Shown one piece after another: positions 57,040 to 64,000 of a stretch of DNA of 64,000 nucleotides (the stretch's first letter is position 1; the number at the start of each line of letters is the position of its first letter). A program made the translations under genes and the position numbers. The notes below the pieces were generated by a model. The model was not told where the DNA came from and did no database searches. It saw only the letters and a list, made by a program, of their open reading frames with translations. This stretch comes from an uncultured delta proteobacterium (lineage in GTDB: Bacteria; Myxococcota; Myxococcia; Myxococcales; Anaeromyxobacteraceae), in contig CAVYBH010000008.1 in assembly GCA_963766715.1 (NCBI GenBank), positions 352,001 to 416,000 of the forward strand, in the 5' to 3' direction.

Positions 57040-58081
57040 ATGAAGGCAGGCCTCGTCGGCTTCGCGCAGTCGGGCAAGACCACGCTCTTCAACGCCCTGA
57101 CCGGGCTCCACAAGGGCGGCGCCAGCGGGCGCGGTCACGTGAACCTCGGCGCCATCAAGGTTCCGGACCCCCGCATCGACGCCCTCTCGGCCCTCTTCCG
57201 GCCGAAGAAGACCACCTTCGCCGAGATGCAGTTCGTCGACGTCCCCGGCGGCACCGGGAAGGGCACCGGGCTCGACGCCGACTCGCTGCGCGCGCTGGCC
57301 GAGGTGGACGCCTTCTGCCTGGTGGTGCGCGGCTTCCCCGGGCTCGACGGGACCCCGGCCGATCCGGCCCGCGAGTTCGTCGACTTCGACTCGGAGCTGG
57401 TCCTGCACGACCTCGCCATCGTGGAGAAGCGGCTCGACCGGCTGCGCAAGGAGCACGGCAAGGGGACGGGCGAGTTCCACGAGCTCGAGCGCATCCACGG
57501 GCAGCTCGACCAGGGGCTGCCGCTTCGCACGATGAAGTGGAGCGAGGCCGAGGAGAAGGAGCTCGCCCACTTCGGCTTCCTGTCCCGGCGCCCCCTGCTC
57601 GTGGCGGTGAACGCCTCCGAGGACGCCGCCGCGGCGCCCCGCGCCGGCCGCGGTCGAGGAGGCGGCGCGTCAGCGAGGGGCCAGCGTGCTCTCGCTGTGC
57701 GCGTCGGTGGAGGCCGAGATCGCCGACCTCGACCCGGCCGAGCAGCCCGAGTTCCTGGCCTCGCTGGGGCTCACCGAGCCGGCCCGCGCCCGCTTCATCC
57801 GCGCCGCCTACCAGCTCCTCGACCTGATCTCCTTCTTCACCGTGGGCGAGGACGAGGTCCGCGCCTGGCCCATTCGCCGAGGGGACCGCGCCCCGCGCGC
57901 CGCCGGACGGATCCACTCCGACCTGGAGCGGGGGTTCATCCGCGCCGAGGTGGTGCACCACGACGACTTCATGGCGCTGGGCAGCGAGTCGAAGGCCCGC
58001 CAGGAGGGCAAGCTCCGGCTGGAGGGCAAGGAGTACGTGGTGAAGGACGGCGACATCCTCAACATCCGGTTCTCGGTCTGA
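57040..58081 (+). CDS. ychF: YchF/OLA1-like ATPase with DUF933 domain (frameshift near 57640)
   Basis: GFAQSGKTTLFNALT, VPDPR, FVDVPG, LISFFTVGEDEVRAW, AGRIHSDLERGFIRAEV, EGKEYVVKDGD. Confidence 0.88.
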
Positions 58082-58085
58082 CCGG

Positions 58086-58649
58086 CTAGCCCCGGAGCGC
58101 CGCCCAGGCCGAGACCGCGCCGAAGACGAAGAAGATGCCGGCCGCGACGATCCGGATCCACCGCATCGACACCCGCTTGGCGAGCCTCTCGCCCAGGAAG
58201 ACCGCCAGGCCGTCGGAGGCGAGCATGCCGAGCGTCGTCCCCACGGTCACCCGCACGATCGACTGGTAGCGCGCCGCCAGCGCCACGGTGGCGAGCTGGG
58301 TCTTGTCGGCCATCTCGGCCAGGAAGAAGAGCACCGTGGTGGTGAGGAAGGGCCCGAGGCCGGACGGGCCCTTCGTCTCCTCGAGCGTGTCCGGCTTGAG
58401 CGTCCAGATCCCGAAGGCGATGAAGGTCGCCGCCAGGACGCCCGCCATCACCCGGGGCGGGACCTGGGCCGACACCCAGGTGCCGACGCTGGCCGCCAGC
58501 GCGTGGTTCAGGATCGTGGCCACCAGGATCCCGGCCATCACCACCCACGGGCGGCGGTAGCGGGACGCGAGCGAGAAGGCGAGGAGCTGGGTCTTGTCCC
58601 CCATCTCGCTCACCGCGACGAGGAGGAAGGAGCTGACGATCGGTTCCAT
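58086..58649 (-). CDS. UPF0016/TMEM165/GDT1 family cation (Mn2+/Ca2+) transporter
   Basis: Two ExGDKT-like motifs: SEMGDKTQL and AEMADKTQL. Confidence 0.92.
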   Translation of the reverse strand: MEPIVSSFLLVAVSEMGDKTQLLAFSLASRYRRPWVVMAGILVATILNHALAASVGTWVSAQVPPRVMAGVLAATFIAFGIWTLKPDTLEETKGPSGLGPFLTTTVLFFLAEMADKTQLATVALAARYQSIVRVTVGTTLGMLASDGLAVFLGERLAKRVSMRWIRIVAAGIFFVFGAVSAWAALRG

Positions 58650-58677
58650 GGAAGGGCGGGCATTATGCTCCAAACCG

Positions 58678-59106
58678 ATGGCCCGCATCCTCCTCTTCGC
58701 CCTCGACGAGCTCCGCCGGCGCCACGCCGGCGCCGCCACGCCGGGCGTCGACCCGCGACACGACGTCGGGCCGTTCCGCGCGTTCCGCGGCGCGCTGCTC
58801 GCCGAGGCGGCCCGGGCGGCCACGGCGCCGGCCGTGCTCCGCATGTGGTGGGAGGGGAGCTTCGACGCCTATTCACTGGCCGTCTCCTGCGAGCCGGCCG
58901 ACGCGCTGGCCGCGCTCGATCCCTCCCCGGCCTGCCCGCTCGAGGAGGAGCGGGTCGCGCCGCCCCGCGCGGACGGGTATCCTCTGGCCCGGGTCGCGCC
59001 GGGGCGCGCCGAGGTGGCGCGCGACCCGGACGGCTCGACCTGCGAGGCTCCCTTCGGAGCCCCCACCGGCCACTTCGGCGCGCCCGGGGTGAGGAGGATC
59101 GGATGA
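58678..59106 (+). CDS. Hypothetical protein
   Basis: ORF MARILLFALDEL...PTGHFG; its stop overlaps the next ATG (ATGA). Confidence 0.6.
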   Translation: MARILLFALDELRRRHAGAATPGVDPRHDVGPFRAFRGALLAEAARAATAPAVLRMWWEGSFDAYSLAVSCEPADALAALDPSPACPLEEERVAPPRADGYPLARVAPGRAEVARDPDGSTCEAPFGAPTGHFGAPGVRRIG

Positions 59107-60091
59107 AGGCTGTGGTGTTCGGCGGCAAGGGCGGTCCGGAGATGGCCCGGATCCAGGAGATCCCGGAACCGGTCGCCCAGCGGGGCGAGGTCCTGGTGCG
59201 GGTGCGCGCCGCGGCGCTCAACCGGGCCGACCTCCTGCAGCGTCGCGGCCTCTACCCGCCGCCGCCGGGCTACCGGGAGGACGTGCCGGGGCTCGAGTTC
59301 GCCGGCGAGGTGGCGGCGCTCGGCGAGGGCGTCACCGGCTGGAAGGTCGGGGACCGGGTCATGGCCATCGCTTCCGGCGAGGCCCAGGCCGAGCTTCGTG
59401 CTCGCCGACCCCTACATGCTGATGCGCATCCCCGACGGCATGTCGTTCCCGCTGGCCGCGGCCATCCCGGAGGCCGGGATCACCGCCCACGACGCCATGG
59501 TCACGCTGGGGGGAATGCGCTCCGGCTGGACCGTGCTCCTGCACGCCATCGGCTCGGGCGTGGCCACCATGGGGCTCCAGATCGCGAAGGCCATGGGCGG
59601 CGCCGTCATCGGGACGGCGCGCACCGCCGACAAGATCGAGAAGGCGAAGGGGCTCGGGCTCGACCACGGCATCCTCCTCGGCAAGGAGGATCCGAAGTTC
59701 GCCGACGAGGTGAAGCGGATCACCGGCCGCAAGGGCGTGCCGGTCGTCGTCGACTTCGTGGGCGCGCCCTACATGGCCGAGAACCTGGCGGTCGCTCTCG
59801 CCGCAGGGGCACGTCGTGGTGGTCGGCACCCTGGGCGGACCCAAGGCCACCGTCGACCTGGGCACGCTCATGCGCGCCCGCGGGCGGATCGTGGGCACGG
59901 TGCTGCGCCCGCGCCCGCTCTTCGAGAAGATCCAGGCCACCCAGGCCTTCGCCCGGGACGTGCTCCCGCTCATCGCCGCCGGCCGCGTGAAGCCGGTCCT
60001 CGATCGCGCCTGGCCGGCCGCGCAGGTGCACGAGGCCCACGAGCAGCTCGAGAAGAACGATTCCTTCGGCAAGGTGGTGCTGGAGTTCTGA
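59103..60091 (+). CDS. NAD(P)H-quinone oxidoreductase, PIG3/zeta-crystallin family (two frameshifts)
   Basis: AALNRADLLQRRGLYPPPPG, PGLEFAG, AAIPEA, HAIGSGVA, FGKVVL. Confidence 0.9.
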
Positions 60092-60111
60092 GGCTCCCGC
60101 CCGCCCTGCGA

Positions 60112-61483
60112 TCACTTCCTCGGAGGCAGCGCCTTCACCCACTTCGCGATCGCGTCCACCACCTCGCCGGCCACGTTGGCGGTCTTCTGGTAGTCGGCCG
60201 GCAACGAGGGCCCCTCCCCGAAGACGAAGAGGTGGCTGGCCTTCGGGAAGGTCTGGAACTTCGCGTAGGGGGCGCCCTCGAGCGCCTTCTTCCAGCGGTC
60301 CAGGTCCTTTCCCGTCACCTGGTAGTCGCGTCCCCCCTGGAGGATCAGGATGGGGGTCGCGTTCCGGACCGCGGTCGCGCCCGGGTCGTAGGCGCGGAGG
60401 TCGAGCCAGTACTCCGGCGGGGCGCCCATGATCCGCTCCGCCGGCGGCGTCTTGGCGGGGTCGAGCGCGCGGATCTTCCTGGCGTCCTCGCGAAGCGGCG
60501 CCACGTCCTCCTCCCGCACCGCGCCGTTCGCCACCAGGTAGTCGAGCTGGTCGTCGATGAGGTCCTGGATCGGGCGGGTCGAGCCGGCCAGGGAGATGAC
60601 GCCCGCGAGCTTGCCGTCGGCGGCCGCGATGCGCGGCACGAGCGAGCCGCCCTGGCTGTGCCCGAGGACGACGATGCGACTGCGGGTCGACGCCCTTCGT
60701 GGACCGGAGCAGGTTCGCCGCCGCGACGGCGTCGTCGATGAACTCGTCCTTCACGGTCGCCGGCGCCGAGCCCACCTTGTCGCCATGGACCCGGGTGCGC
60801 TTGTCGTAGCGAAGGACGGCGATGCCCCGGGAGGCGAGCCCCCAGGCCAGGTCCCGGAAGACCTTCGTCCCACCGACCGTCTCGTCCCGGTCCTGGGGCC
60901 CCGACCCGTGCACGAGGACGACGGCGGGGAACGGTCCCTTGCCCACCGGCATGGAGAGCGTGCCCGGGAGGATCCAGGGCTCGGTCCCGAACTTCACGTC
61001 GGACTCCTTGAACTTCGACGGGTTCGCGTAGGGCGGGGCCCGGAACTCGGGTGCGGCGGCGGCGGGCGCCGAGCTCGCCGGCGTGAAGCGCAGCGAGGTG
61101 ATCTTCCCGTCGACGTCGAACGCGACCGTCAGGGTCCACTCGGCCTTCTCGAACTTCGCCGGCAGGATCGCGGCCTGCGTGGCGCCCGACGACCGGACGG
61201 TGGGGGCGCCGATCGACTGGAGCTTGCCGACCCGGCTCTCGATCCCGACCCACCCGTCGCGGAAGGCCTCGGGGGAGAGCAGGGACGCGAGCTGCGGGGC
61301 GAAGCGCGCCGAGATGCCGTCCAGGTTGCCGGCCTGGAACATCGCCGCCACCTCGGTCGCCCAGGGGCCGACCTTGGCCGCGGGAGCCTGCGCGTCGGTC
61401 GTGGCCGGGGCCGGGCTGGCCGGCGCCGCCTGCGGCACGGCGAGGGCGAGGGATGCGGCGAGTGCGGTGAGCGTGGCGATCAT
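60112..61483 (-). CDS. Exported alpha/beta hydrolase with DUF3887-like N-terminal domain (frameshift near 60680)
   Basis: Signal peptide; VHGSGPQDRDE; LRYDKR; GHSQGG nucleophile elbow; QGGRDYQV; SHLF. Confidence 0.85.
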
Positions 61484-61604
61484 GCCGTCTTTCCTCCGGG
61501 AAGGGGGGAACTGTCCGTCATCCGATCGCCTCGCGCAAGGATCGGAACGGGGCCTCTCCCCTCCCCTGGCGCCGCGGACCCAGATCGGGTTCAATCCGCG
61601 CGCC

Positions 61605-63323
61605 ATGGCCGACACCGCCGCGCCGACACCTCCCCGCGAGCTGAGCCTGCGGGCGCTCCTCACCGCCGTCGCGGTCGCCCTCATCATGGGCGCCGCCTAC
61701 CCGTACGTGGTGCTGAAGCTCGGGTACGGGCCGAACATCTCGGTGGTCAGCGCCTTCTTCGGCTACGTGATCCTGGCCCTGGTGGGGCTGGCCACGAGCG
61801 TGGCCTCGACCCGCTTCGAGGCCAACATGGCCCAGACCGCCGGCACCGCCGCCGGGCAGACGGGCTTCATGGTCATCGTGCTGGCGGCCATCGACATGCT
61901 GAACGAGCGGCCTGGCCTGGGGTTCTCGCTCCACCTCACCGGCTGGCAGATCTTCTGGTGGCTCACGCTCGGCGGCTTCGTCGGGGCCTTCCTCGCCGTG
62001 CCGCTGCGCCGCCACTACATCGACGAGGAGAACCTGACCTTCGCCGACGGGACGGCGGCGGGCGAGACGCTCGTCGTCCTCTACCAGGGGCGCAAGGAGG
62101 CAGCCGACCGGCTGAAGGCGCTCGGCGCCGGCACCGGCATCTCGGGCCTGCTCGCCTTCCTGCGCGACGGTCCCTGGAAGGCGTTCCCCGGCGAGCTGGC
62201 CTTCGGCGCGAACGGCCAGGCGCTGCGGCTCGGGACGGAGCTCGGCGTCCTCTCCTTCGGCGCCGGGATGCTCGTCGGGCTGCGGGTCACGCTCTCGATG
62301 TTGCTCGGGATGTTCCTCTCCTGGGTCATCGCCCCGGGGCCGCTCGTGGCCCGCGGGTGGGCCAAGGCGATGACCTTCTCCGAGGTGCTGAAGTGGGTGA
62401 TGTGGCCGGCCACGGGGCTCATGGTGGCGGGGGGCATCACCGCGCTCGTGCTCAACTGGAAGGTGATCGCCCGGACCTTCAAGGGGCTCTCGGCGAAGGA
62501 CGCCGAGGGCACCGAGTTCCCCATGCGCTGGACCATCGCCGGCGCGGTGGTCTCGTCGGTGGCGCTGGCCGTGGTGCAGAAGGTCTCCCTCGGCTTCCCC
62601 ATCTGGCTCTCGGTGGTCTCGCTGCTCCTCTCCTTCCCGCTCATGCTGGTGGGGATCCGGGTGCTGGGCGAGACCAACTGGGCGCCCATCAGCGCGCTCG
62701 CGAACCTCATGCAGGCCGTCTTCGCCGCGCTCTCCCCCGGCCACCTGCCGGTGAACATGATCGGGTCGGGGATGAGCGGGACGGTGGCCGGCCAGGGCGA
62801 GCACCTCATGCAGTGCTACCGGGCCGGCAAGATCATCGGCTCGAACAACCGGCAGCTGACCATCCTGCAGCTGATCGGGATCCCGGTGGGCGCCGCCTCG
62901 GTGGCGGTGGTCTACCCGGCCTTGCGGGCCAAGTACGGCTTCGGCGCGGACGGCCTCACCTCTCCCATCAGCGTGAAGTGGGCCGGGTTCGCCGAGCTGC
63001 TCTCCAAGGGCTTCGCCTTCCTGCCCGAGGGGTCGATGACCGCGCTCGCGATCGCGCTCGTCATCGGCACGCTCATCACCGTCTTCGAGGCGAAGCACCA
63101 CCGCTTCCTGCCCTCGCCCACCGCCGTGGGGCTGGGCATGCTCATCCCGGGCTTCGCGATCGTCCCCATGGTGGCCGGCGGCATCGTCCAGGCAATCTGG
63201 GTGCGGAGGAGCCCGAGGACGGAGGCGGTGTACAGCATGCCGCTCGCCTCTGGCTTCATCACCGGCGAGGCGCTCGTGGTCCTCGTCTTCTCGGTGCTGG
63301 CCATCTTCGGGATCCGGATCTGA
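61605..63323 (+). CDS. OPT/YSL-family oligopeptide transporter
   Basis: ELSLRA, YVVLKLG, EANMAQTAG, LRRHYI...LTFADGTAAGETL, GETNWAP. Confidence 0.9.
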   Translation: MADTAAPTPPRELSLRALLTAVAVALIMGAAYPYVVLKLGYGPNISVVSAFFGYVILALVGLATSVASTRFEANMAQTAGTAAGQTGFMVIVLAAIDMLNERPGLGFSLHLTGWQIFWWLTLGGFVGAFLAVPLRRHYIDEENLTFADGTAAGETLVVLYQGRKEAADRLKALGAGTGISGLLAFLRDGPWKAFPGELAFGANGQALRLGTELGVLSFGAGMLVGLRVTLSMLLGMFLSWVIAPGPLVARGWAKAMTFSEVLKWVMWPATGLMVAGGITALVLNWKVIARTFKGLSAKDAEGTEFPMRWTIAGAVVSSVALAVVQKVSLGFPIWLSVVSLLLSFPLMLVGIRVLGETNWAPISALANLMQAVFAALSPGHLPVNMIGSGMSGTVAGQGEHLMQCYRAGKIIGSNNRQLTILQLIGIPVGAASVAVVYPALRAKYGFGADGLTSPISVKWAGFAELLSKGFAFLPEGSMTALAIALVIGTLITVFEAKHHRFLPSPTAVGLGMLIPGFAIVPMVAGGIVQAIWVRRSPRTEAVYSMPLASGFITGEALVVLVFSVLAIFGIRI

Positions 63324-63649
63324 TGGCGTCGAGCTGGGAACAGGTCCGCCGGGAGCTGCAGCGCGCGCGCGGCGCGCGGCGCATGGTCCCGTGGGCGTTG
63401 CTCTCGGCCGTGCTCGGCTGGGCGTTCCTGGCCTACGCCGGCCGGAGCTGGCGCGCCGGCCTCCCGCTGCTCGCGGGCGGGCTCCTCTTCACCCTGGTCA
63501 TCCGGGTCCTGGCGGTCCCGCACTGCCCGTCCTGCGGGAAGAACCTGTGGCTGCGGGGCGAGCGGCCCGGGCCGCCCACCGCGCCGGTGCCGACGCAGGC
63601 GGAGCGGGACCGGAAGTGCCCGCGGTGCGGGGCCGGGCTGGGCGACTGA
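63323..63649 (+). CDS. Small two-TM protein with C-terminal zinc ribbon
   Basis: Two hydrophobic segments, then CPSC...CPRC; TGATG overlap with the OPT gene. Confidence 0.65.
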   Translation: MASSWEQVRRELQRARGARRMVPWALLSAVLGWAFLAYAGRSWRAGLPLLAGGLLFTLVIRVLAVPHCPSCGKNLWLRGERPGPPTAPVPTQAERDRKCPRCGAGLGD

Positions 63650-63692
63650 CGCGCGAGCGCGCGGACCGGACGGGTGCTAGATTCCCCCCGCC

Positions 63693-64000
63693 ATGTCGAC
63701 CAAGCCGTCCCGAAAGCTCGAGACCTTCCCCAACCCAAACCCCCGTCGCCCTTACGAGATCGCGATGGTGGCGCCCGAGTTCACCTGCCTCTGCCCCCTG
63801 ACGGGGCAGCCCGACTTCGCGACCATCCGGATCCGCTACGTGCCGGCCGCCCGATGCGTGGAGCTGAAGAGCCTGAAGCTCTACCTGTGGAGCTTCCGGA
63901 ACGAGGGGGCCTTCCACGAGCGGGTCACGAACGAGATCTGCGACGACCTGGTGCGGGCGCTCAAGCCTCGCTGGCTGGAGATCCAGGGGGACTTCATGGT
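63693..64000 (+). CDS. queF: NADPH-dependent 7-cyano-7-deazaguanine reductase (type I QueF), truncated by the window end
   Basis: Hand translation: [16 protein letters not shown]...[21 protein letters not shown]. Confidence 0.95.
   Translation, partial: MSTKPSRKLETFPNPNPRRPYEIAMVAPEFTCLCPLTGQPDFATIRIRYVPAARCVELKSLKLYLWSFRNEGAFHERVTNEICDDLVRALKPRWLEIQGDFM

Noticed and set aside
58650..58677. yybP-ykoY Mn riboswitch upstream of the UPF0016 gene
   Set aside because: The intergenic gap is only 28 nt, too short.
63650..63692. preQ1 riboswitch upstream of queF
   Set aside because: Only 43 nt, occupied by a -10-like element; no preQ1 stem or A-rich tail seen.

Overview
Very GC-rich (roughly 70-75% by eye) bacterial chromosomal segment. 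Gene content (TIGR04551-like barrel, DUF4388 and MshEN proteins, argH-lptM-lysA-dapA-dapB) suggests an Anaeromyxobacter-like member of Myxococcota; this is an inference. It is mostly housekeeping: cobB, apaG, exbBD, ppdK, panD-trpEGDCFBA, two tandem DAHP synthases, tal, kdsD, the arg/lys/folK operon, mce, spmAB, ybaK, several transporters, xdhC/mocA, a ychF-like gene and queF. About half the genes carry single-base frameshifts, mostly apparent +1 insertions, including in essential genes. These are best read as sequencing/assembly indels, so many tracked ORFs are chimeric and genes were rebuilt across frames by hand. I saw no rRNA, tRNA, CRISPR array or mobile element. The best novelty candidate is a ~880-aa protein (18816-21463, minus) holding a highly diverged, insertion-split class III nucleotide cyclase domain with non-canonical base-specificity residues. 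Other candidates are repeated Lys/Arg-rich termini on core metabolic enzymes, a stand-alone MshEN c-di-GMP receptor, an amine dehydrogenase/hotdog dehydratase pair/orphan TatT cluster, a TusA plus Cys-rich PP-loop thiolase pair, and a recurrent leaderless-type promoter layout.
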